Source of the DNA: Fidelibacterota bacterium
GTDB taxonomy: Bacteria; Fidelibacterota; Marinisomatia; Marinisomatales; UBA2128
DNA: 51,874 nucleotides
Reading direction: 5' to 3'
Assembly: GCA_046861645.1 (NCBI GenBank)
Contig: JBHHUM010000010.1
Span: 1 to 51,874, forward strand
Made by a program: the position numbers and the translations under genes
Shown here: in pieces, positions 9,372-18,299 of the stretch
Position numbering within the stretch: the first letter of the stretch is position 1
Layout: each line of letters starts with the position of its first letter
Notes under the pieces: generated by a model
The model's database searches: none
What the model was told of the DNA's origin: nothing
What the model saw: the letters and a program-made list of their open reading frames with translations, nothing else

Positions 9372-11201
9372 TCAGACAGAGTCAGCCCTGAACTGCAACT
9401 CATATAGTCGTCTATATTCTCTGTTATTGCGGAGAAGCTCATCATGTGTACCCTCTTCCACTATTCTTCCACTCTTTAACACCACAATTTTGTCGGCATT
9501 TTGTACTGTGGAGAGACGATGGGCAATGACAAATACAGTCCTATCTTTCATAAGGCGTTCAATGGCTTCTTGTACTTTTTTTTCAGCTTCACTATCAAGG
9601 GCAGAGGTCGCTTCATCTAGAATAAGTATAGGTGGATTCTTTATCAGGGCACGCGCCACAGAAATTCGTTGACGCTGCCCCCCTGATAGTTTAACTCCAC
9701 GATCTCCAACCACAGCATCAAAGCTATCAGGTTGCTCTTCAATAAACCCTAATGCATTTGCCGCAATAGCAGCTTCCCGTATGGCCTCATCTTCCATTCC
9801 TTCAGTACCATAAGCAATATTATTCCTGATAGTATCATTAAAAAGGAATGTTTCTTGAGGAACAATACCCATTAACTTACGCAGAGAATCTAGTTTAATA
9901 TCCCGAATATCAACTCCATCAAGACGAACAGTCCCAGAGAGGACGTCATAGAATCTTGGGATCAAGTCTGCCATCGTCGATTTTCCTGCACCACTTTCAC
10001 CAACTACAGCCACTACATCTCCCTTTCTTATTTCCAGATTTACATTATTTAAAACAGGTTCAGTACTACCATCATATGAAAAGGAAACATTATCAAATAG
10101 AATAGATTCATTAAAACTATCCACATCGATGGCATGGTCGCTTTCTTTAATACTCCGAGGCTTTTTTAACAAACCGAATACTCTTTCCGCTGAAGCCATT
10201 GCCGTTTGCAGGTCTTGGTTGACAGTATTCAATCGACGAATTGGAGTTAATACCGAAAACATAATTAGTATAAAGCGTATGAAATCTTCCGGATTCATGG
10301 CTTTTTCTACAACCTGTAATCCACCCACCCACAAAAGGATCACACCAACAACCACACCGATGGTTTCGGTAACAGGAGTCGATCCGTACCGCAGTTTCAT
10401 CTGCCGGTAAACCAAATGACGATGACGCGCAGTTTTATTCCAGAAAAGTAACCGTTCTGTTTTTTCCGTAACAAAAGCTTTTACTACGCGAATAGCACTT
10501 AATGTCTCCATAAGCGTAGCCGTAATATCTGCAACCTGGCGAGATGTTCGCTTGACTTTTCTGCGAATACTTCTACCTACAACTGTGATGACTATACCCG
10601 CCAGAGGTAAAATCACGAGTGCTGCTAAAGTCAATTGCCAATTAATTATCAGCAGAAGAAATGTAAACATCAAAATATTTACAGGTTCTACAAGTAGACG
10701 ATGAAAACTGACCGATAAAGAGCGTCGGATGTTATTTACATCGTGGAGAACAATCGAAGTTAGTACTCCAGCCCTGGTCTTATCAAAAAAAGATAGTGGC
10801 AGGGAAGTAATATGATCAAAAAGTTTATTCCTCAGATCCCTGACCACACTAATTTGTACAAAACCAATCAATAAATTCTTCAGATAAAGGAAAAGGTTTT
10901 TCAACAGGAAGACAATGAGAATAGTAATACATAAAGCCTTTAACGTATCAAGTTGAGTTTCCTTAAGTACTAATCTGTTTGTCCAAAGCTTAAGTGACTC
11001 ATTCAGATTAAGATTGCTTGCTGATTCTAAAGCCTTTTGCCCTGCAGAAAGAGTTTCGAAATCAGTAAGAATATTGTTGATAAGAGAAGCTGTGATCCAC
11101 ACTGAGAGGGAATTAAATACCACATAAGCTAAAGAGGCAATAACCGAAATTGCTAAAATATACCAGTAAGGCTTAGCGAGTCTTAAAATGCGTTTGTACA
11201 T
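9372..11201 (-). CDS. msbA: MsbA-like ABC exporter (TMD + NBD)
   Basis: Six TM helices, GESGAGKS Walker A, LSGGQRQR signature, ILDEATSALD; LPS gene context. Confidence 0.8.
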   Translation of the reverse strand: MYKRILRLAKPYWYILAISVIASLAYVVFNSLSVWITASLINNILTDFETLSAGQKALESASNLNLNESLKLWTNRLVLKETQLDTLKALCITILIVFLLKNLFLYLKNLLIGFVQISVVRDLRNKLFDHITSLPLSFFDKTRAGVLTSIVLHDVNNIRRSLSVSFHRLLVEPVNILMFTFLLLIINWQLTLAALVILPLAGIVITVVGRSIRRKVKRTSRQVADITATLMETLSAIRVVKAFVTEKTERLLFWNKTARHRHLVYRQMKLRYGSTPVTETIGVVVGVILLWVGGLQVVEKAMNPEDFIRFILIMFSVLTPIRRLNTVNQDLQTAMASAERVFGLLKKPRSIKESDHAIDVDSFNESILFDNVSFSYDGSTEPVLNNVNLEIRKGDVVAVVGESGAGKSTMADLIPRFYDVLSGTVRLDGVDIRDIKLDSLRKLMGIVPQETFLFNDTIRNNIAYGTEGMEDEAIREAAIAANALGFIEEQPDSFDAVVGDRGVKLSGGQRQRISVARALIKNPPILILDEATSALDSEAEKKVQEAIERLMKDRTVFVIAHRLSTVQNADKIVVLKSGRIVEEGTHDELLRNNREYRRLYELQFRADSV

Positions 11202-11204
11202 CAA

Positions 11205-11648
11205 TCAGTTAGAATTTCTGCGGTAGATCATCAAGCGATGTAGAATTCCTGCCTCAGAGAATAACTCACCCTCTACCTGAAAGTCAAACCTTTCATAAAA
11301 AGGAATTACAGCTTTCTGAGCATGGAGGTAAACAGTTTCTTTAGAGTTAATATGCTCTAGAATAAACTCAAGTAACGCTTGACCTACTCCGATTCTCCTG
11401 CAATCCTTCAGGACAGCAAAACGCTCCAGTTTGATTCCCTTACCAGTTTTTCTCCACCGTGCTGTACCCACCGCTTTCCTACGGATATACGCAAGAACGT
11501 GTGAAGCTGTCTTATCAAAATTGTCCAGTTCCATCTGTGCAGGTACTTTTTGCTCCTCAATGAATACTGCTCTGCGAATGGAATAGGCTACCTCTAATTC
11601 TCTCTCTTCGGTAATCAGTTTTACGGTTATTGCAACGGATTTTTTCAT
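11205..11648 (-). CDS. GNAT N-acetyltransferase (ElaA/YjcF-like)
   Basis: IRRAVFIEEQKVP, LERFAVL, LHAQ..FYE..F.EAGILH. Confidence 0.9.
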   Translation of the reverse strand: MKKSVAITVKLITEERELEVAYSIRRAVFIEEQKVPAQMELDNFDKTASHVLAYIRRKAVGTARWRKTGKGIKLERFAVLKDCRRIGVGQALLEFILEHINSKETVYLHAQKAVIPFYERFDFQVEGELFSEAGILHRLMIYRRNSN

Positions 11649-12298
11649 CAGGGATTAAGAAATGCATAAAAGGTGATGGCCATAAAGATAAGAATTAAAC
11701 CCATAATATGCTTTTCATAACGCTCAAAAAAATGAAGTCGAACAACTTCAAATCCCTTCAAACCTAACTGAACCATTAGGACAATCCCTAATACCGTTAC
11801 TAAAAGATACGTCACCAGTACTATTAGAATGCCCTGCCATCCGGCTAAGCTGGCATTGAAGAAATAGGTATCAATCTCCATGCAAGGTGAAAAGAACATG
11901 GCAATAGCAATTGCCATTACAGCGGATCTTTTCTTTCTTTTAGTAACCTCACCTAAATGAATATGCCGGTGTTTATGATGCCGAATGTTATCCCGGATTC
12001 CTGCCAGTACATACATGAACCCAAAAATCAGAAAGATAACAGGTGCTACCATTTCCATAGCCGATTTACTTACTTCTGTCAACCTTACACCCAAAGCTCC
12101 AACCCAAACACCAATGAAGATCGAACTGGCTGTATGGGAAAAAGCTGCCAGAGCTGCAACTCTTAAGGAATGACCCTTATCCCAACCCTCAGATCTAGCC
12201 ATTACTACAATTGGCATCCAGTGGTTAGGGATAAGAAAATGGACTACGCTAAGAGCCAAGCTGCCTAAAAAAATATTCAATAACATGCCGTTTTCCAT
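11648..12298 (-). CDS. His-rich membrane protein, putative nickel/cobalt transporter
   Basis: HFLIPNHWMP, HHKHRHIH loop, FFSPCME, about 6 TM helices. Confidence 0.65.
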   Translation of the reverse strand: MENGMLLNIFLGSLALSVVHFLIPNHWMPIVVMARSEGWDKGHSLRVAALAAFSHTASSIFIGVWVGALGVRLTEVSKSAMEMVAPVIFLIFGFMYVLAGIRDNIRHHKHRHIHLGEVTKRKKRSAVMAIAIAMFFSPCMEIDTYFFNASLAGWQGILIVLVTYLLVTVLGIVLMVQLGLKGFEVVRLHFFERYEKHIMGLILIFMAITFYAFLNP

Positions 12299-12463
12299 CT
12301 TATGTCAGAAGAAATTAGCCACAACATGTCGAAATTTACATTACAAACAGAAACCTAACGGTAAGCTAAGTATGAATTTATAAGAATATTGAATCAGAAA
12401 TCTATATGAACCCATTTTCAGAATAGGACCACTTTTTATGGAAAATTATATCTGGGCTTATTC

Positions 12464-13477
12464 TTACTTCGATGTCCACTGCAGGGCAAAGCCGAGATTA
12501 GTCTGACCTAAATCGGCACCCTTCATACCAACCACAACCGGACCCCCCAGAGAAATTGTAACACCATAGCGATCAGACAACTGCATTCCAATGGAACCCA
12601 AGAGCTGTATAAACCATCCACCTGTCGCATCACTCGGATTTTGAGTCTCCCGTCGATAAACAAGGGCAAGATAAGGTGTGATCTTTTTCCTAGAAAAGCG
12701 GTGATCAATGGTATAAGTAGTCAATTGCACTACTCTGTTGTTAGACACTCCTTCATGCTTTTCGTTCCCTATCTCAATATCAAGCAAACCCTGTACCCCG
12801 AGAGTTCTCTCATTTTTCCAATTAAGCCATATCTCCCCAACTGAGCGATTTAGGAGTCTTCCTTGGATAGGATAGCCAAGATTCCTACTGGATTGCACTG
12901 ACTCATCTGCGGTAGGGAGCACAACACCCTCGTTCAAAAAGAACTGAACTTTTGTGCTTTTAGTCCTAATAGGAAGATTCCACTTCAAGCCAATTCCCAT
13001 ATCACCTATCACCCATAATGCAGTACGATAGATCGGTACTTGAACCCACAGACTTAGTTGACGTTTCAAACCCAATCCAGCAGAAATTATTACACTCTCT
13101 ACTTCAGCTTTTAAATCCACCTTCTGATAATTCATTTTCTTGACGTGGAGCTGGGATCTGTTCAAAAACACTGCTATCTGGTACTGTCCTGGTTTCAAAC
13201 CAGTCACAAAAGTTTCTCCTGCAACGGTGGGGAGTAGACCTACATTCTGAACTGCTGATGTTCCTACTTCACTTCCTCCGACCGGAGGTGGTGGAGCGTT
13301 TCAGAGAGCGCACTGGCTTAGCAATCCATTAAAAGCTAAAAGTGTCAATATAAATGAAGAAATGAGAATACCAGAGTATCGATTGCACGTCCCTTGTTGT
13401 CTAAATAAAACTAATCTGATCGAAAAATTTTTCAACTTGATAGCATTAAGAATGACATATAATCTGTTTTGTTTCAT
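12464..13477 (-). CDS. Putative secreted/outer-membrane beta-barrel selenoprotein, CxxU motif (337 aa, U59)
   Basis: ATG 13477 overlaps upstream stop (ATGA). Frame reads ...AFNGLLSQ-C-A-L-TGA(13301-13303)-NAPPPPVGGSEVGTSAVQNVGLLPTVAGETFV and continues in frame into ORF 12464..13207. SECIS-like hairpin follows the TGA. Confidence 0.8.
13267..13296 (-). promoter_or_regulatory. Bacterial SECIS-like hairpin
   Basis: CTCCAC-CA-CCTCC[GGTC]GGAGG-AA-GTGAAG; loop starts 17 nt after the TGA and begins with G. Confidence 0.75.
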
Positions 13478-14475
13478 TCCTGGTGATGATGCCACAATGC
13501 TCTCAAACTAACAGCTAACGAAATTTGATCCAGTTGTGATCCATCAATTTTACGCCATACAGGAGTATTTAGTGATAATACCGCAGAGATTTTTTCGGAT
13601 ATTTCAACCTCTATTCCAATCATCCCCTCTAGTGAAGTACCACCAGAATTAACCACCCTTACCCCTTCCCAACTATCGGACTTCTCATACCAGATATTTG
13701 CTCTTAAATATGGAAAGACAACCTTGAAAACCGGGGTCTGACGGATTATGTGCAAACTTATAAAAACTTTTTGCCCCGGTTCGTACCCGAGGTTACTTTC
13801 TGTCCAGGGAAAATCATATCTCCCTGATGCTCCCAGTACCAAAGGAAACTCTGAGCGGTACCACCATTCAAAATATAGAGAAGATATCATTACCCCTTTA
13901 CCAAGGGCAAAATGACGATGCTGGAGTGAATCGGCTCCTTCCGAAAATGGATTTACTTTATAACTTTCCCCCGATGGAAGTGTAATATCTGTGCCAAAGA
14001 ATAGCTTAGTTCCTGGACCAAATGATTGATTCCTATAAAGCCAGCGTACCCCCAATACAATATCACCAAACCCCCTGATTGACTCTGTTCGATGGTGGTT
14101 GTCCTCATGCTCAGCTTCCTGATTCCAATCCAAGAAAGGAATAGTGGTAAGTAAATTCACCTTTGGTGTCAGTCCAAATACTAAGAAAGTATTAAACGTC
14201 TGAATTCTGATATCACCAAAGTGACTATCGACCCCATCACTGGAAATGTTTGTGTTTTGCCTGGTTGAAAATCTACTTGGTTCCAGACGGGAAATCATAT
14301 AGTCACCACCTATGACCCACTGTCCTTGGGATAGTCCTAGACCCTCTGTCCCACTTCCGACCGGAAGGGTGGGATTACTTCAGAGTGGTCACTGACCCTG
14401 AAGAAAAGGTTGAGTAAAAACTATTAGAAAAATAAATAGTATAGTCCCAATTAAATGACTCAATCTTTTACGCAT
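13474..14475 (-). CDS. Putative secreted/outer-membrane beta-barrel selenoprotein, UxxU motif (333 aa, U29 and U32)
   Basis: AGGAAG RBS and ATG 14475; signal peptide MRKRLSHLIGTILFIFLIVFTQPFLQG; then Q-TGA(14389-14391)-P-L-TGA(14380-14382)-SNPTLPVGSGTEGLGLSQGQWVIGGDY in frame into ORF 13474..14298. GFGDIVLGVRW and TLPSG motifs resemble 'transporter' (PF13557-like) barrels; His-rich EHEDNHHR loop. Confidence 0.82.
14350..14373 (-). promoter_or_regulatory. Bacterial SECIS-like hairpin
   Basis: CCCA-CC-CTTCC[GGTC]GGAAG-TGGG; loop starts 17 nt after the second TGA and 26 nt after the first. Confidence 0.78.
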
Positions 14476-14586
14476 GATAGACTTCTTCCTACGATTTGAA
14501 ATTACATCCTTCGTTAAGTGCAAAACCGTGTCAGGTTTGGAAGTTGTGTTCAGCTGGAATTCCCACGAATACCATAATGCCAACGC

Positions 14587-14615
14587 TTGACAGCCATGAT
14601 CACTATTTTTATAAT
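14587..14615 (+). promoter_or_regulatory. Perfect sigma70 consensus promoter on the strand opposite the local genes
   Basis: TTGACA(14587-14592)-17 nt-TATAAT(14610-14615), immediately followed by TGTCAA (inverted copy of TTGACA). Confidence 0.45.
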
Positions 14616-14729
14616 TGTCAACACACTAGTTTTATTAATGACTGAATGAATGATAATGTATTACTTGGGAAACGACCATTAATTGCACCCAGTATTCATC
14701 AGTAAAACATGTTATCAGAAGTAACAAAT

Positions 14730-15125
14730 TCAGCTTGTATAAATCAGCTTTTGAGTTTCCGATTGATGAAAAATCATTTCAATAAGTTCGCAAGCTTTTT
14801 TACTCTCCTCATTGTGCTCCAGACGATAATAAATAGTCATTCCGTCTCTTCTGTTGGTAACTAAACCACGATCTCTCAGCCGCCTGAGCTGATGGGAAAT
14901 CGCAGACACATCTTTATTAAGAACATCTGCCAGATCGCAGACGCAGAGTTCCTCCCCTTCCGCCAAAGCATAAAGAATCTTCAAACGGGTCCCATTTCCC
15001 AGCATGGCCAAAATCTCAGCCAATCGATTCAAATCTCTCTGCTGAGTCAATTGTGACTGGAGAAACATCAGCTTCTTATGATCTACATAGGATCGGATAC
15101 ATGATCTTTCAAAAGTGTCTGTCAT
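14730..15125 (-). CDS. ArsR/SmtB family metal-sensing repressor (CadC-like)
   Basis: RLKILYAL, ELCVCDLA metal site, SAISHQLRRL, N-terminal Cys. Confidence 0.92.
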   Translation of the reverse strand: MTDTFERSCIRSYVDHKKLMFLQSQLTQQRDLNRLAEILAMLGNGTRLKILYALAEGEELCVCDLADVLNKDVSAISHQLRRLRDRGLVTNRRDGMTIYYRLEHNEESKKACELIEMIFHQSETQKLIYTS

Positions 15126-15143
15126 TAGTCAATCCCTTATTAT

Positions 15144-15653
15144 CTAGTTCTCAATTGATACCACTTTTGTCTTTAGATAAGTTTTCCTGACATCTCCCAG
15201 ACAACATCTTCCCTTAGGATTCAGTATTTCACAGGAACACAAGTCTTTCCTGACCTTTTCACGTATCTCATCCTCAATTGTTGAATGATTATTTTTCACA
15301 AAATCCTGCTCAATTTCTGACCGGGTATGTTGAAAACAATAACACACTAAGAGTGGTTCTACTTTCTCTTTTAGCCCAACACGAACCAATAAGTCTAATT
15401 TGTTAATTACAAGATTATTGTCTGGAATATAGTATACCGTAGAGTCTTCAGGATTGGTACAATAGAAACCATCTGTTATTTTATTATAATCCGACCATTG
15501 CTCACTTGTTAAGGCTTTTATAGTGATTGCCTTCACTGGAAGACCTTTTATTCCACATGTTGGACAGAAACCGTTTCTCCTTACGTCTTTTTCTGATAGG
15601 ATTGTGCAGCAATCAATCTCTGCAACATCACCGTTCAACTTATGATTCTCCAT
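15144..15653 (-). CDS. Cys-rich CopZ N-terminal-like (zinc / 2Fe-2S BFD-like) metallochaperone
   Basis: CC, CPTCG, VCYCF, CSCEILNPKGRCC; ATG 15653 preceded by a GGGAAG purine run. Confidence 0.8.
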   Translation of the reverse strand: MENHKLNGDVAEIDCCTILSEKDVRRNGFCPTCGIKGLPVKAITIKALTSEQWSDYNKITDGFYCTNPEDSTVYYIPDNNLVINKLDLLVRVGLKEKVEPLLVCYCFQHTRSEIEQDFVKNNHSTIEDEIREKVRKDLCSCEILNPKGRCCLGDVRKTYLKTKVVSIEN

Positions 15654-16239
15654 TAACTTCCCTTTTCCCTCCAGAAATAGCACGATAGCCCATCTTTTTC
15701 ACAAAGGATTCGATTTCATCTTTGGTTACTGTTTGCTGATTGAATGTACAGACCATCGTCTTATTATTATAGTTTACTTGGCAACTGACAATACCCTCAA
15801 CAGCATTCAAACCTTTTTCCAGACCCAAAGCACATCCATTGCAGGTCATACCTTCTACATTCCAAACTTCAACTTCTTCCCCTTTACTCTTACTCTCGCC
15901 TTCTTCTGCAAAAAGATCATATCCAAAATATGGAAACAAGAGTAGAGCGATCACCAGAGGCGTAATTCCCAAAAGTATCCGTTTTTGATTTTTCTTATGC
16001 TTCATGGAATTCTCCTTATCCAAATCACAACATGCCTCGTCTTCACTTTTCCTGAATAACCTTACATAGCCCCAACCTAACATTCCCAAAGCTAAGAGAG
16101 AAAAGTAGGGTCGTATGGGTTCAATAAAAGCAAACATACCTAACGAAGTTGAGCCAACTGAAAGAGCGATTAATGGTCCTGTACAGCAGAGCGTCGCCCC
16201 AAAAGCAGCCAGGACAGATGTAATTACCGTTTTCATCAT
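15640..16239 (-). CDS. MerT-like mercury transporter fused to an HMA (MerP/CopZ) domain
   Basis: ATLCCTGP in TM1, EPIRPY, ACCD loop, C-terminal VEGMTCNGC. Confidence 0.88.
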   Translation of the reverse strand: MMKTVITSVLAAFGATLCCTGPLIALSVGSTSLGMFAFIEPIRPYFSLLALGMLGWGYVRLFRKSEDEACCDLDKENSMKHKKNQKRILLGITPLVIALLLFPYFGYDLFAEEGESKSKGEEVEVWNVEGMTCNGCALGLEKGLNAVEGIVSCQVNYNNKTMVCTFNQQTVTKDEIESFVKKMGYRAISGGKREVNGES

Positions 16240-16264
16240 TTTTGTATTTTCTGAACTAATAGAC

Positions 16265-16286
16265 TATTTGAATATATGTTCAAATA
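16265..16286. promoter_or_regulatory. ArsR/SmtB-type operator overlapping a sigma70 promoter
   Basis: Inverted repeat TATTTGAA-tatatg-TTCAAATA; the minus strand has TTGCAT-17 nt-TATATT across it, upstream of merT-HMA. Confidence 0.8.
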
Positions 16287-16342
16287 CTATAATATGCAAG
16301 GGACATTTTCCTCATCGCTTTCTCTACGTTGTTACATGAAGA

Positions 16343-17215
16343 CTAAGGAAATATTGCAGATTGTTCCTTTGGGAATAAGGTGTAGAGCAAATCTTTGCTT
16401 GTGACATCGCCCTTCTGGATAGCAGCATGTATATAGACAACAGGACAACCACAAGCCTCACAGGAGGCATTCTCTGCAAAAGTACACGGCTTCTTCACAT
16501 TAAAATGGACATCAAAGGCAATTGCTGTATCTCGATAAATGCAGTTTTTTGAAATTTCCTTACAGTAACTTGATCTAAACAATTCTATAGCTTCACGGGA
16601 ATGCAGCAGAATACCGGGATGTTCATTATGTAACTTTAGCAGCTCATCTACAGCTTGATCTCTCCTTTTTAAATCGACTCGTAATGGGTCTTTTGGTCTA
16701 CCTACATGAAACCCAACCAGGACTCCTAAAGCCCCGGTGGATCGAACAAGATTCGGGAGGAGATTAATGTAATCAACTGTAATAGAAGTGAAAGTTGTAG
16801 CCAGGGCGAAAGAACCTCTGTCAAGATTATTGATATTTTGAAGGGCTAAATCGAAAGTTCCCTTACCACGTAAACTATCGTGTACATCCTGAGGACCTTC
16901 AATCGAAACTAAGAGTCCTCCTGATAAACCTGTTGGGATCGGAACTACTCCGGAAGTAGCCACGGCATTCCGGGAGAATAGCCTCATAGCTTGCTGCAGG
17001 AGAGTTGGTTTCAACAATGGTTCCCCTCCAATCCAGAATGCTGAGCGAATACCATAACTGTCACGGACATTTTTAAGTCTGAGCAAAAATTCTTCATCAC
17101 TTAAATCAGTAGGTATATGAGATATATTCGTATAGAAATAGCAATGTTGACATCTTAAAGGACACTCACTAGTGAGATCAAAAATACCAATTGGTCGATT
17201 CTGCAGATTCATCAC
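16343..17215 (-). CDS. Radical SAM protein with Cys-rich C-terminus
   Basis: CPLRCQHC, GGEPLL, HDSLRGKGTF; C-terminal C...C.....CEACGC. Confidence 0.88.
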   Translation of the reverse strand: MMNLQNRPIGIFDLTSECPLRCQHCYFYTNISHIPTDLSDEEFLLRLKNVRDSYGIRSAFWIGGEPLLKPTLLQQAMRLFSRNAVATSGVVPIPTGLSGGLLVSIEGPQDVHDSLRGKGTFDLALQNINNLDRGSFALATTFTSITVDYINLLPNLVRSTGALGVLVGFHVGRPKDPLRVDLKRRDQAVDELLKLHNEHPGILLHSREAIELFRSSYCKEISKNCIYRDTAIAFDVHFNVKKPCTFAENASCEACGCPVVYIHAAIQKGDVTSKDLLYTLFPKEQSAIFP

Positions 17216-17301
17216 GGATTAAATTAAGATACTGTGAATGAAATTTCTCGCTATCTGTATCCCTTTAAAATCAAGCACTCTACGAGAATATCATCTAAAC
17301 T

Positions 17302-18036
17302 TTAGAGAGTAAGTATTGAATCCTCGGAAAAAAGGACTTGTGGTGATAAGCCCAACTGTTCATAAAGTCCTGGTGGTACGCCAATATCAGCTAAATAAAG
17401 TTGACCAGTATAATCTTTTGCACCCGGTGTCAAAAGACCCTTCTTGGGTAAAGCAAGGGTCATGGTGGCACATGCGCGGATACAGGACTTGTATGGCTTA
17501 CCCGTTGTAGAATCTAGTCCAGAGGGGACATCCAGAGAAAGAACTTGGGTATTCCCAGAACGGTTAATTTCGTCAAGTACATGAGCAGCAACTCCCCGGG
17601 GTTCACCGTAGAGACCGTACCCTATGATCGCATCTATGATTAGATTAGATTTGTAAAATACCTCCAACCTATTACTTATGTCAGCCAAGATGATTTTTAT
17701 TGGGAGCTTTTTCAAGGTTAACCAGCGGACTTTTGGAATCGTCTTAAGTTTAGAAGGTGGAGTTGCTAAAATAACTGTCACCTGAACCCCCCTATTGTAG
17801 AGGTAGCGGGCAGCAACCATCCCTCCACCACCGTTATTTCCCCCTCCACAGGTGACTACAATATTGTGCAATCCCAATCCATCCAGGAGCCTCAAAGCCA
17901 AATCAGCTAAATTTCGCCCAGCGCTCTCCATCATCTGCTCTAAGGAAATCTTATATTCTTCAATCATAAGGCGATCCACTTCGCGCATCTGGTCAGCCGT
18001 TATAGCAGGTAGTGAAACTTTATTCATGAAAGTCAT
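17302..18036 (-). CDS. nnrE: NAD(P)H-hydrate epimerase (stand-alone YjeF_N)
   Basis: QMREVD, MMESAG, CGGGNNGGGG, IDAIIGYG, SLDVPSG, ADIGVP. Confidence 0.9.
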   Translation of the reverse strand: MTFMNKVSLPAITADQMREVDRLMIEEYKISLEQMMESAGRNLADLALRLLDGLGLHNIVVTCGGGNNGGGGMVAARYLYNRGVQVTVILATPPSKLKTIPKVRWLTLKKLPIKIILADISNRLEVFYKSNLIIDAIIGYGLYGEPRGVAAHVLDEINRSGNTQVLSLDVPSGLDSTTGKPYKSCIRACATMTLALPKKGLLTPGAKDYTGQLYLADIGVPPGLYEQLGLSPQVLFSEDSILTL

Positions 18037-18299
18037 ATACTTATCTGCGAAGAGCTATTCTGGATCATTTTATTTCCAAAAGTAAGCGATTCATTTCCTT
18101 CAAATTATCCTACTTAACTCTAATAAGTGCCAGTATCTGGGAAATGGAGAAAGGAACATGATTGATTATCAGTAGTGAATCAGTATTCTCACTACCTTCC
18201 CGTAAAGCCAAATATAAACTGCAAACCGGGAATTTTTCTCCTACCAATTTACAGATTTACTAGATCTTAATATTTAGAAAAAATACATGGAAAAGTTTT

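Noticed and set aside
14476..14729. Possible metal or cobalamin riboswitch in the leader of the Sec genes
   Set aside because: No recognisable conserved riboswitch motifs by eye; would need an Rfam/Infernal search
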